Origin: Eledone cirrhosa
Lineage: Eukaryota
Assembly (NCBI GenBank): GCA_964016885.1
Contig: OZ024749.1
Location: 16,802,001 to 16,866,000, forward strand
Length of the DNA: 64,000 nt
Direction of reading: 5' to 3'
A program made the position numbers and the translations under genes. Below are positions 27,509 through 40,220 of the stretch, in pieces. Each line of letters opens with the position of its first letter. Positions within the stretch are counted from its first letter, which is position 1. The notes under the pieces were generated by a model. The model was given only the letters and a program-made list of their open reading frames with translations. It did not search any database and was not told the origin of the DNA.

Positions 27509-30500
27509 CATCATCATCATCATCAACGTTTAACGTCCGTGTTCCACGCTTGCATGGGTTTGGACGGGGGTAGTCCCACTTGAGGCAAGAGTGATTGTCT
27601 TGCTCGCATAGGACTGTCTGGCAGGTTTTCTACAGTTGGATGCCCTTCCTAACACCAACCACATTTACAGTGTGGGTCTGGGAGGTTTTTACCGTGTTGC
27701 CTACACGGCCACATTACAGCGTGGACTGTGTGTTTTTTTGTCGTGACACCTACACGATCTCATTTGTTTCGGCCTGGATGGTGTGGCACCAACACAACTT
27801 TACATAGAACGGGGGGGGGGGGGGGGGGTATTTTGTTAGAGATGCCTACTGGCTGTAGTAGGTTTTACTATGTATTTAGGTAAGGCGGGTCTTCTCTGTT
27901 ACTGAGTACCGCCAAAGGTCTCGGTCCAGTGACACTGTCTTGGAGAGGTGTAAGTGTGTGAGGTCGGAGTTTATCAGCTCGTCCCAGGTTTTTCTAGGTC
28001 TGCCTATTCCGTGGCTACCGTCTATCTTTATTGCCCTGCACTTTGTTATACAGCTATCGACTTTCATGCGCATCATGTGTCCATACCAACGTAGCCTTCT
28101 CTCGAGTAAACAACATCTGATCCCTCTTATTTCTAATTTTTTCCTTAGTTCGTTTATGCTTTGCCGTTCACGTATATTACTGTTACACATCCAGCGGAGC
28201 ATGCAAGCTTCGTTCCTCTCTAGTCTGCGTATATCCTCTGCACACAATGCCCAGGTCTCACTGCCATGCAACATTGCTGTTCGTATGCAGGCATCGTACA
28301 ACCTGCCTTTCATTTTTAGGGAGAACCCTTTAGCAGCTAATAGTGGTATAAGCTCTCTGAACTTTTTCCAACCAGTTCTGACTCTAGCTACTGTACTTTC
28401 AGAGCACCCTCCCCCACTGCTGATTTTATCACCCAGGTAACGGAAACTGTCCACTATTTCTATAGAACCCTCTGCGCAATTGAAAGAGCTAGTATTTTGT
28501 GGGCACTTGCTGCTACTTATTGCACCAGAGCACCGGCCACATGTAAAATCTATGTTCTTAGTTAGCTTACCTGTGATCCCACTACATCTTTTATGCACCC
28601 ATACTTTGCATTTAGGACATAAAATGGAGTTTCTACCTACGCCTTTCCTACACACCGAGCACGACCATTTCCCAGAAGGGACCGCCGCCTTATTTTCTTT
28701 CCTACAAACTAGAACTTTAGTCTTAGCCAGGTTAATTTTAAGGCCTTTTGATTCTAGGCTGTGCTTCCATGTTTGGAATTTCTTCTCTAGCTCGGCTATT
28801 GATTCCGCTATGAGTGTCAGGTCGTCTGCGTATAGGAGTTCCCATGGGCAGCCGGTCTTGAACTCCTCTGTTATAGCCTGAAGGGCAATAATAAATAGTA
28901 GGGGGCTGAGAACAGAGCCCTGATGGACGCCAACTTTTACGCTAAACTCTTCACTATATTCGTTGTTAATTCTAACCTTGCTGACTGTTTCTTTATACAT
29001 GGCTTGTATAGCTCTCACAAGCCATTCGTCAACGCCTAGTTTTCTAAGAGCCCACCAGATAATGGAGCGGGGGACTCTGTCGAAGGCTTTCTCCAAGTCG
29101 ACAAAAGCTAAGTAGAGGGGTTTACCTTTAGCTAGGTACTTCTCCTGTAGTTGTCCTACAATGAAAAGAGCGTCTGTGGTACTTTTGCCTGACACAAACC
29201 CGAACTGCATTTCATCTAGGTCAATTCTCTCTCTGATTAGTTGTGCTATTACTTTTTCCGTGACCTTCATGACCTGGTCGATTAATTTAATGCCTCTATA
29301 GTTACTCCTATCTAGGGCGTCTCCTTTACCCTTATAACAGTTAACAATGATGCTGCTATGCCAGTCCTTCGGAACAACCCCATTCTGTACGACTTGGTTA
29401 ACTATGCGGGTGACCATGGTGTGTCCCACCGTGCCAGATGCCTTCAGCATCTCAGCAACTATTTCCGAAGGCCCAGCCGCCTTACCCGTCTTCATATCCT
29501 TGATTGCCTTACTTATTATACTCCCCTCGACTAACACTGCTGGTCCCTCTATTGGGTCGATATGGGGGAGACTGTCTTTCTCCCATTTATTCTCCTCATT
29601 TAGTAGCCTTTCATAGTGACACTTCCAAGCTACCTTCTTATCAGCGTCGGTGATGGCAAGTGTGCCATCGTCATTTAGTACACACTTCTCCCCGACAATA
29701 TCACGGTTTTCCTTGACGCATTGCCTAGCAATCCTGAACACCTCACGTTTTTGGTCATCGCGTTGTAGAACATGCTTGAACTTTCTTTCCTCAGCTTCCC
29801 TTCTTGCTAAGTACACTTGTCTCCTAGCTTCCCTCCTGGCCACTTGATAGTCTTCTCTACTTCCCCCATCCCGCCATACTTTCCAAGCCTGCTTTTTGGC
29901 CTTAATTGACCCCTCCACCTTACTGTTCCACCACCATGTTACTCTCCTCCTGCCTACAGGCCTGCTCCAGCCACAGACTTCGTCTGTCGCCAACAGCAGG
30001 TTTGCTTTCAGAAATTCCCACTCTCCCTCTATATTGTCCGACTCTAAATGTTCTTCCTTACTGTCGAAAGCATCAAGTAACATGCTTTGAAATTTATTCC
30101 TGGCTGTGGGGTCCTTTAGCTTCCATATTTTTCTCCTGAGGATAGTCCTCTTCTGCTGTCGAGTACGTCTCGTCCTGACTATGAGGTCGCTAATTATCAG
30201 TCTATGTTGGGAGGTGCATTCTTCATGGGGGAGGGATTTAGTGTTTACAACAGACACTCTGTCACGTCTTCTGGTAAGGATATAATCTACCTGGCTTGTG
30301 TGTTCCCCGGATCTATAGGTGATCAGGTCATTGTCACGTTTTTTGAAGTTAGTGTTACAGATAGTTAGGTTATTTGCATCACAGAATTCCAGGATTCTGG
30401 AGCCTTCCTCATTTCTAGTACCAAACCCATAGCCTCCATGGATTTCGTCGTAGCCGTCACAATGTTGTCCAACGTGACCATTTAGGTCGCCTGCAATAAT

Positions 30501-30590
30501 TATATAGTCACTGTCGGATATTTGGGAGGTAGTTAGCATCAGTGTCTCATAGAATCTGTCTTTTATAGTGCCGGGCAGTCCGGATTGGGG
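27509..30590 (-). mobile_element. RTE LINE (family A): uninterrupted ORF truncated within APE; APE-RT(PHD)-C-terminal domain, 3' UTR, (GAT)n tail
   Basis: GDLNGH, DYIL, SQH; DLEKAFD, YADD, FRYLG; the first ~10 codons of the listed ORF are microsatellite. Confidence 0.95.
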
Positions 30591-30603
30591 TGTATATATA
30601 TAC

Positions 30604-30660
<57 letters not shown>

Positions 30661-30674
30661 CATATATATACATC

Positions 30675-31428
30675 TCTATCTAAGGCGGGTAAAATTCCCG
30701 AGATCCATGGACGAGTTCTCTCCAGCGGTCTCTGTCCCTCATTATCGCTGCCATATCCTGCATCTCCAACAGACCAGTGTCTGTCCTTAGGGCGTCAACA
30801 TATGTTAACCTTGGTCTTCCTCTTCTAGTGTGTCCATGTAGGGGCTCCCAAAGGAGCACTGAGTGCAATGTCAACTCTGGATGTCGGTGAGCATGTCCAG
30901 CCAACCTCAGTCTTCTCTGTGTCACTTTTGAGCTGACTTTTGGGATGCTCCCATACAGCTCTGAGTTTTTCATCCTCAGTGTATACTGATTAATGTTTTG
31001 GTGACAAATACAGTGAAGGAGGCAGGGGATTTGATGCGGGAGGTTGAGACTGTGTCGATGAGTGTGGGGCTGAGAATGAATGAGACTAAAACAAAATATC
31101 TGGTAGAGAATGTTGAGAAGCCAGAGGGGATCACCAATGTAGGCGGGAAGCCGCTGGAATTGGTTGAGGACTTCCTGTATTTGGGAGCAAAGATTGGGAA
31201 TACGGAAGATGATGTGGTTGAGAGGAAGAGCAAGGCCTGGGCGGCGTGTCACAGCTTGAGATCGGTGTGGAAGTCAGACCTTCGTAGAGACCTGAAAATC
31301 CGCCTCTTCATTGCTGTAGTGGAGTCTGTGCTGCTGTATGGGTCTGAGACTTGGACACTGACCAAGAGACTCACTCAGATGGTGGATGGGTGCTACACGA
31401 GAATGCTGAGGATGGCTCTGAACATTAA
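30675..31428. mobile_element. Distinct RTE-clade element ((GATA)n-tailed family) with 5' inversion
   Basis: Minus 3' part 30675-30996 and plus-strand upstream part 30997-31428 are consecutive in protein (..RMALNIN/INQYTLRMKN..). Confidence 0.88.
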
Positions 31429-31474
31429 TATATATACATATATATATATATATATACATATATATACATATATA

Positions 31475-33157
31475 AGAGGCGATTAGGGAAATGAAAAATG
31501 GTAAGGCGGCCGGACCATCGGGAATAGTTGCTGAGATGCTGAAGGCATCAGGGGACGTAGGCACTAAACTGGTTGCACGCATAATCAATCAGGCTATATA
31601 TGGTGGTGTCATACCCAAAGACTGGTGCAGCAGTATTCTCATAAATTGCTACAAAGGTAAAGGGGATGCTTTGGAGAGGAGCAATTATAAGGGTATAAAA
31701 CTGATAGATCAGGTTATGAAAGTGGCAGAAAGGATTTTAGCACAACTAATTAGAGAAAGGGTCAAACTAGATGAGATGCAGTTTGGTTTTGTGCCTGGGA
31801 AGAGTACAACAGATGCCCTCTTCTTGGTGAGACAAATGCAAGAGAGGTTCTTAGAGAAGAATAAGCCACTATACTTAGCCTTTGTTGACCTAGAGAAGGC
31901 CTTTGGTAGGGTACCCCGATCTGTCATCTGGTGGTCCCTAAGGAAGCTGGGTGTTGAGGAATGGCTTGTAAGGACAGTGCAAACTTTGTACAGAGGTACT
32001 CTCAGTAAAGTCAGGGTAGGAATGGAGTTTAGTGAGGAATTCCAGATACAAGTAGGAGTACATCAGGGTTCGGTCCTCAGCCCGCTCTTGTTCATTATAG
32101 TCCTCCAAGCCATAACAGAGGAGTTTAAGACTGGCTGTCCATGGGAACTTCTCTATGCTGACGATCTGGCTCTTATGGCAGAATCAGTAGAGGAGCTAGA
32201 GAATAAATTCCGGCTATGGAAACAGCAGTTGGAAGCAAGAGGACTGAGAGTAAATCTAGCTAAGACAAAAGTGTTGATGAGTAGAAAAGAGGACAAAACC
32301 CTGATTCCGTCAGGGAAATGGCCATGTTCGATATGCAGAAAAGGAACTGGCATAAATTCTATAAAATGCACACAATGTAGGTCCTGGGTACACAAGAGAT
32401 GTAGCGGGATAGCAGGCAAACTAACAGGTAGGGAGAAATATGTATGCAGTAGATGTACAGGGAAATTAGACAGTAGAAGTCGCACTGATAGACACATTTT
32501 TCAAATGCGAGAGGGCGCTATAGAAGTGGTGGATAGCTTCCGGTACCTAGGAGATCAGATTAGCATGGGAGGAGGGTGTTCCGAGGCCATAGTATCTAGA
32601 ATAAGGACGGGTTGGAAGAAGTTTAGGGAGCTGCTTCCTCTGTTGACGAAGAAGGGTTTCTCCCTGCGTACGAAAGGCCGGTTGTATGATGCCTGTGTGA
32701 GGAGCGCGATGCTGCATGGTAGTGAGACATGGGCAGCTACCGCAGAAGATATGCGACGGCTGGAGAGAAATGAGGCAAGCATGCTCCGTTGGATGTGCAG
32801 TGTAAATGTGCGTGAACGACCCAGCATAAATGTGTTGAGAGAGAAACTGTGTCTGAGAGGGATAGAATGTAGTGTACGGGAGAGGAGACTGAGGTGGTAT
32901 GGACATGTGATGCGCATGGAGGATGACCGATGGGTGAAGAAGTGCCAGGAAATGCCAGTTGAAGGAAGACGTGGTAGAGGTAGACCGCGAAAAACATGGG
33001 TGGAGGTGGTGAGAACAGACCTCAGATCATTGAAGCTCACGGTGGAGATGACGAGGGACCGTGACGAGTGGAGAGATGCTGTGCTGAATAAGACCCGTCC
33101 CACCCTTGCAAGCAGGGAAAAGCGGACGTAAAATGATGATGATGATGATGATGATGA
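31475..33157 (+). mobile_element. RTE LINE (family B), open 546-aa RT(PHD) 3' half
   Basis: ORF 31491-33131; (GAT)n tail. Confidence 0.94.
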
Positions 33158-33160
33158 TAT

Positions 33161-33197
<37 letters not shown>

Positions 33198-33198
33198 C

Positions 33199-34510
33199 AA
33201 GTTAACTTTAAGGCCTTTTGATTCTAGGCCATGCTTCCATGTTTGGAATTTCTTCTCTAGTTCAGCCATAGATTCAGCTATGAGCGTTAGATCATCTGCG
33301 TATAGAAGTTCCTATGGGCAGCCGGTCTTGAACACCTCTGTTATAGCCTGAAGGGCAATAATAAATAGGAGGGGGCTAAGGACAGAGCCTTGATGAACAC
33401 CAACTTTTACGCTAAATTCTTCACTAAATTCGTTGTTAATTCTAACCTTGCTGACTGTTTCTCTATACATGGCTTGTATAGCTCTCACAAGCCATTCATT
33501 TACAACTAATTTTCCAAGAGACCATCAGATAATGACGCAGGGGACTCTGTCAAATGCTTTCTCCAAGTCTACAAAAGCTAAGTAGAGGGGTTTACTTTTA
33601 GCTAGGTACTTCTACTGTAGTTGTCGTACAAGGAAAAGAGCGTCTGTGGTACTTTTACCTGACACAAACTCAAACTCCATTTCATCTAGATGAATTCGCT
33701 CTCTGTCACCTTCATGACCTGGTCAACTAACTTAATGCCTCTATAGTTTTCCCTATCTAGAGCATCCCCTTTACCCTTGTAGCAGTTAATGGTATGACCC
33801 AATTCTGTATTACTTGGTTTACTATCTGGGTGACCATAGTATGTCCCACCATTCCAGATGCTTTCAACATCTCAGCAACTATCTCCGAAGGCCCAGCTGC
33901 CTTGCCTGTCTTCATATCTTTGATTGCCTTACTTATTATACTACTTTTAACTTGCACTGCTGGTCCTTCTATTGGATCGATTTGGGGCAGACTATCTTTT
34001 TCCCATTTATTCTCCTCATTTAGTAGTCTCTCGTAGTGACACTTCCAAGCTATCTTCTTATCAGTAAAAGTGAGGGCAAGTACACCATTATCATTACAGA
34101 CTCACTTCTCCCCGACAATATCATGATTTTCCTTGACAGATTGTCTAGCAATCCTGAACACCTCACGTTTTTGGTCTTCTTCTTGTAGAACATGCTTGAT
34201 CTTTCTATTCTCTGCTTCCCTTCTTGCAAGGTACACTTGTCTCGTAGCTTCCCTCCTGGCCAATTGATAGTGCTCTCTACTACCCCCATACTTTCCAAGC
34301 CTGCTTTTTGGCCTTGATTGCCTCCTCCACCTTACTGTTCCACCACCAAGTTACTCTCCTCCTGCTTATAGGTCTGCTCCAGCCACAGATTTCATCCGTT
34401 GCATTCAGCAGGTTCACTTTCAAGAATTTCCACTGTTCCTCTATAGTGTACGTCTGTAATTGCTCTTCCTTACTGGTCTTTCAACTACCATATTTTTCTC
34501 CTCAACGTAG
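33199..34510 (-). mobile_element. Decayed internal RTE fragment (family A-like)
   Basis: Colinear with 28730-30140, with indels. Confidence 0.88.
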
Positions 34511-34589
34511 TATTTTGTTTTATGTTCATTGTTCATCACACACACACACATAATTGATATTCTCTTTGGAATTACTGATGAAAATTGTT

Positions 34590-35417
34590 AGTGACACAAC
34601 TACAAGAGAAGTTCCTAGCCAAGATTAAGTTGCTTTATTTAGCTTTTGTAGATCTAGAAGAGGCCTTTGACAGAGTACCTCAGTCAGTTATATGGTGGTC
34701 CTTCAGAAATTTAGGTGGAGAATGGCTTGTGAGAGCAGTGCAAGCAATGTACAGAGGAGCTGTCAGTAAAGTGAGAGTAGGAAGGGAGTTTAGTGAAGAG
34801 TTCAATATACAGGTAGGTGTTCATCATGGTTCAGTTCACAACCCACTGCTGTTCATCAGGCCATAACTAATGGGTTTAAGACTGGCTGTTCATTGGAAAC
34901 AGTCTATGTGAATGATCTGGTCCTTATAGCTCACTCCATAAAAGAACTAGAGAATAAATTACCCTACTGCATATGTAGGAAAGGAGTAGGTATAAACTGT
35001 ACACAATGATAGCTTCTGCTATCTAGGTGGTGAGAAATGGAGCGACCATGCTTCGTTGGATGTGCAACGTAAATGTGAGAGGAAGTCAGAGCTTGGATAA
35101 ATTGAGGAAGAAATTGGACTTCAGAGGACACCGAAGTGGTGTGCAAGAGAGAAGACTGCTTTGGTAAGGATATGTGATATCCATGGATGATGATCTCTGG
35201 TTAAAGAAGTGCCAGGGAATACCAGAGGAGGGAAACCATACTAAAGGTAGACCAAGGAAGACCAGGGTAGATGTGGTGAGAGCTGATCTCAAATTGCTGA
35301 GACTCACAGAGAAAATGACGAAGGAACAAGGGAGTGGGGAGATGTTGTGCTTAAAAGGACCCATCCAAACCATGCCAGGATTGAAAAAAACGGACGTAAA
35401 ACTATGATGATGATGTA
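34590..35417 (+). mobile_element. Old, heavily deleted RTE copy
   Basis: ORFs 34585-34866 and 35174-35407; ggacgtaaaac(tga)n end. Confidence 0.85.
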
Positions 35418-35779
35418 GATGAAGTAAATTAAATCAAAACAGATTTAGATTAAAACGAACAAAACTTCCCTGAAACAACAAGGTACAGCTAAATCTAAAC
35501 TATATTTTATAATGTAAGATAGTAAACCACATGATTAAATAGACGGAGGTAATTTAAATAATAAAAATATCTTTAATTTACTTAAAGCAATAACAAGGTA
35601 CAGCTAAATATAAAATATATTTTATAATGTAAGGTAGTGAACAAGATATTGATAACAATATATTTTATATATCACATGTAACAGTGGAATCTGGTTAATT
35701 ACTGGATCGTTGAGGGTTCACATAATTATATTATTTACACACATTAATATAGACATTAAGTAAATCTTTGTCAACTTAC

Positions 35780-35981
35780 CTCCTTCACATATAATCAATG
35801 TATTGTGTTGTTAGTTTTTACTAAACAACCAAAGAAATAATCTCTTTGTTATCAAATTTGAAGTTTCAAAGATGTTATCAGCTTTATTTCACGACATTAA
35901 CGTTGGTGTATCTTCTTCATCTTTAGTCATAAATTGATATCTTGTCAGAATGAAGTAGGGAGGCTGACTTTATATCTTTAG
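35780..35981 (-). other. Candidate non-coding 5'-UTR exon of the ZNF gene
   Basis: Acceptor tttcctatcaaatctgtag and donor gag|gtaagt in non-repetitive DNA. Confidence 0.45.
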
Positions 35982-36773
35982 CTACAGATTTGATAGGAAA
36001 TATATATATATATTAGGTTGATATGTGGTCTAAAATATATATATTGTCTATAAATAACCAATAGCAGATGTTCTGGTGAAATAGTAGTTTTACTACTACA
36101 GATTGTAATGGAACTCTTAGTAGACACAATTGTAAAGTAAGAATAGATATGACAGTGTAAGGCTGATGTCGGGAAATTAAAATTGTGTATATATATATAT
36201 TTAATTGTTACACAAGATATAATTAGATATAATGAAGGCAGCAGGTACTCGGTGTCGCTGGAAATGATTTATCTCCCTTTTCGGTATCATACGTTAAAAG
36301 TCCCTGATATAATTTAATACCTTCAGACAGTTCCAATCGTATTTAATCGATAGTAAATCAAAAGGTATCACTCAGTAAAATATCAATTATATATCTACGT
36401 AGTCTCTCTGACTGCTAGAAATAGCAGTGAAATTATACATTACAGCTTTTTCTTTCTTTAAACTCCTACGTTAATTAAACAATCAACAACAGCAAGTTGT
36501 TTGTATAGACTTCAGAATAAACTCGAAAACCGCCAGAATATCATTCTCTTTCTTGCTATATATAAATGGAAAAGAATGAAACGAAATTTCATTTCTCACT
36601 CTTAGTACGGCTGATACTTAAATATAAGTATGTATGTATACGTACATACATATATGTGTAGCGACATGGTTAGTCAATCTGGTCACTACTTTTGATCAGA
36701 TCCGAGAATAGCCCTTAGAAGGACTGTTATCGCATACAGTCTGATCAGATCTGAAGATAGTCCTTAAAAGGAC

Positions 36774-38308
36774 TGTAGCAAGAGTTGCCTCCCTTGTTAT
36801 GACAATCACATCACTACTCTCTAGACAGGAAGTAGCTGGAGTTACTTCCCGTTGGGGTGGCAGAACCCTTTTTGTCACTTCCGTCCGGAGACCCTATAAA
36901 AGGGACAGGTCAGGGCGATCTCACTCTCTCGCCTCCTGAATCCCAAAGTGTTAACCACACCTGCGACCTTGTCATGAGATGACTCCTTTCTCATTTCCTC
37001 CGCCATCAAGAAGAAGAATTCCTCCCTCATTTCCTTCGCCACTCAAGAAGAATGCCACCGGCAGCCTAAGAAGATGTTAACACCTCCAAGAGAAGATCTC
37101 TGTTCTTCTCCACACACTTCAGCCTAGGAGTTGTGATCAACGGGTAACCATTTATTTATATTAATCCATTTGACTTTAACCTTGTTTCGGCACGTGTGGG
37201 GAGCACACATCTCGACTCACTGAGATAACAGACGCCATAGATAATGTTTCTTGCCAAGTATTCTCCAGCCTTAAGCTATATTCTCATATTTGCCGGTTTA
37301 AAAATTTACCTCGTAAATTTGCCGTTGAAAACTGCGCATTTATACAGAATGCTTATTTCTTTGGTCGCTGGCCTCTTGACCCTTCCAGGTCAACGCATTC
37401 TCAACATCGACCATCAACTTCGGCTGTTATTTCTAGCACTTTGCGCAACTCATTTTTTTCTGTGAAAATTTTTACTGTCAATTTAAACAGCATCGAATAC
37501 GCTCACTCCGCGTGACAACAACAGCAACACAGCTTCATCAACAACCAAAATCAGCAGAACAAGCCAGAGAATTTATTTTTGCAGCACTCTTCCTGTGAGA
37601 AAATCCCACCGAATTTCACGTTGTACCACAGTCTAGAGACCACCTGCATACATTCTCTGGAGGACACTCTTTCCTGCTGTCATGTGATTGCACACATGTG
37701 AACTGTATTTGGAACATTTGAACTTTGACCTCTTCTTTTACTTTGATTACATTGTATCTTAGAGTGATGGATAGATAGTTCTTTGGCCAAGAGCGGTTGG
37801 CTACCTTGTTATCTATCATTGCTTTTTGCATGCATATATTTTGCTGTTTTCCTTTTATTGCAAACACTATTTTTTTTTGTAATTTTCATGCCTGTTACAT
37901 GCTCGCCATCTTACTCCATACATGGTTCATTCGATTTTTATATTTTAAAAATCTGGCGGGATCTAATGTAGCAAAAGTTGCCTCCCTTGTTATGACAATC
38001 ACATCAACGCTCTCTAGACAGGAAGTAGCTGGAGTTACTTCCCGTTGGGGTGGCAGAACCCTTTTTGTCACTTTCGTCCGGAGACCCTATAAAAGGGACA
38101 AGTCAGGGCGATCTCACTCTCTCGCCTCCTGAATCCCAAAATGTTAACAACACCTGCGACCTTGTCATGAGATGACTCCTTTCTCATTTCCTTCGCCATC
38201 AAGAAGAAGAATTCCTCCCTCATTTCCTTTGCCACTCAAGAAGAATGCCACCGGCAGCCTAAGAAGATCTCTGTTCTTCTCCACACACTTCAGCCTAGGA
38301 GTTGTGAC
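36774..38308 (+). mobile_element. Non-coding LTR-type element (TRIM-like): ~345-365 bp direct repeats at 36774-37137 and 37967-38308
   Basis: Repeats start TGTAGC and contain TATAAAA; purine-rich ggcggga just before the second copy; no long internal ORF. Confidence 0.65.
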
Positions 38309-38309
38309 C

Positions 38310-38386
38310 ATAAATGCCGGTATGTGTTGTAACAAGGTTTTACTTCTGTGAAGTAAAACCTTGTTACAACACATACCGGCATTTAT
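38310..38386. repeat. Perfect palindrome, 37-bp arms, 3-nt loop
   Basis: ataaatgccggtatgtgttgtaacaaggttttacttc tgt gaagtaaaaccttgttacaacacataccggcatttat. Confidence 0.97.
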
Positions 38387-38864
38387 TGTCATTTCTGATA
38401 ATGCATATATGTACACCGATACTAATCTCCTAAAGGACTGTTGTCGCATATAGCCCTTAAAAGAAATGTTGAGGATGGACAGACGAAAGCACAAGTTGAA
38501 AGGACGAAGCAAGGCGAGATGTAAATTCGATCAGCTATTTATTTTCACATGAAGCGACGATACGAGGTACAAGGCGTGTGTGAGTGACAAAGCGTGGCAG
38601 AGGCGAGGGACAACGATACGCGAGTTGACTCTGCCAAATGTCGACTGCTGAAGTGTTTGGAACCACTCTATTTATACAGAAATAATCGTTTGATGTTTAG
38701 CCGCTGTGTAGGCGTTTATTCTGGTAGGTTTTAAGGATTCTTTTGTTTCACGTTGAGGTAGCTAGCTAACAGGTAGATGGCGCTGTATATTTCACAGATG
38801 TTATTTCCGGTGGCTGTACATATGTATACAGACGTACAGTAGTATGTATATATATACATGCAAG

Positions 38865-38911
<47 letters not shown>

Positions 38912-39378
38912 GTATCGGTTTACCGAACATTTATTATAATGTTCGGTTTGTTTGTTTGTATACTACTGTACGTCTGTATACATATATGTATATATACATA
39001 GTTACATTTAAGTATCAGCCGTACTAAGAGTGAGAAATGAAATTTCGTTTCATTCTTTTCCATTTATCGCTTTCGGTGCACCCGGCCAACTAACTCACTC
39101 GATATGCAAATTAGGCTGCTCAGCCGTTAATATGCATAAGGAAAGTATATACTTTCAGACGTTCAATCATCTGGCAGGAAGGTATGCGATGCTGATAAGC
39201 TTGAAACTAGTACATCGTTCCTTTGCCAGTGTTGAACAAAAAGGCGGCGATGGTTGCCTGAACACTGTACAGCGTAATTCGGGCTGTTTGTTTGTTTACA
39301 AACAAACAAACCGAACATTATAATGTTCGGTAAATCCATACGTACATATATATATGTGTGCATGTATGTATATATACA

Positions 39379-39412
<34 letters not shown>

Positions 39413-39597
39413 CTTCACTACCTCTTCTACGGCCTCGATATGAATACCCCCTCCGCCTCCGTGGTATTTTCTTCGTGGTTATAAGAGGCTTAGCTCTGTT
39501 TCTCGACCGTTATATCGCGTGACTATCTCCCCCTCCGCCTTTTGGGATTCTTTCTCACGTCGTGTAGACGCGTTCTTGAGACTAGTAAAATGAGGTA

Positions 39598-39685
39598 TCC
39601 TCTTGATAAGTTGGCAGACCTCGCAGGGACTCTATATCTTTGATATATTGTTTTTGTTTATGCCACGAAACTACGTAGTCGAGGA
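39598..39685 (+). ncRNA. Type I hammerhead, U3-A8 core variant, extended stem II, in an ORF-less ~345-bp insert between (TA)n tracts
   Basis: tcctc-TTGATAA-g t TGGCA..TGCCA c-GAAA-CTACGTAG-TC-gagga. Confidence 0.8.
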
Positions 39686-39944
39686 ATTTAGGAGCAGTTT
39701 AGGTATGATACATTTTATTACTAATTATATCTAAATGTTTCTTCTCTCTTCATAATGTATATATATATATATATATACACACACACATACCATATATACA
39801 GGGAAATTCCGTTATAATGAAATTCACGGGGTATAAAGATAATTCGTTGTAACGAAAAGTTCTTTATAACCGAAACAAATCGTTTGTTTGTTGTTCAATT
39901 GTATTCTAGTTATGGTGTTTCACATGGAACCTTATAGATATCGA

Positions 39945-40220
39945 TCTATCTATCTAAGGCGGGTAAAATTCCCGAGATCCATGGACGAGTTCTCTCCAGC
40001 GGTCTCTGTCCCTCATTATCGCTGCCATGTCCTGCATCTCCAACAGACCAGTGTCTGTCCTTAGGGAATCAACATACGTTAACCTTGGTCTTTCTCTTCT
40101 AGTGTGTCCATATAGGGGCTCCCAAAGGAGCACTGAGTGCAATGTCAACTCTGGATGTCGGTGAGCATGTCCAGCCAACCTCAGTCTCCTCTGTGTCACT
40201 TTTGAGCTGACTTTTGGGAT
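39945..40220 (-). mobile_element. 3' fragment of the (GATA)n-tailed RTE family
   Basis: Near-identical to 30678-30946. Confidence 0.88.

Larger units (their letters stand above)
36657..38820 (-). mobile_element. Solo-LTR-like element (TG...CA, 4-bp TSD TATG) containing a nested insertion
   Basis: tatg|TGTAGC...GCTGTACA|tatg; minus-strand TATAAATA ~38669-38676 and AATAAA ~38538-38543; empty-site paralogue at 38960-39068. Confidence 0.75.

Noticed and set aside
39797-39880. pogo/Tigger-like terminal repeat (TA|CAGGGAAATTCCGTTATAATGAA)
   Set aside because: Only one end found; too weak to call
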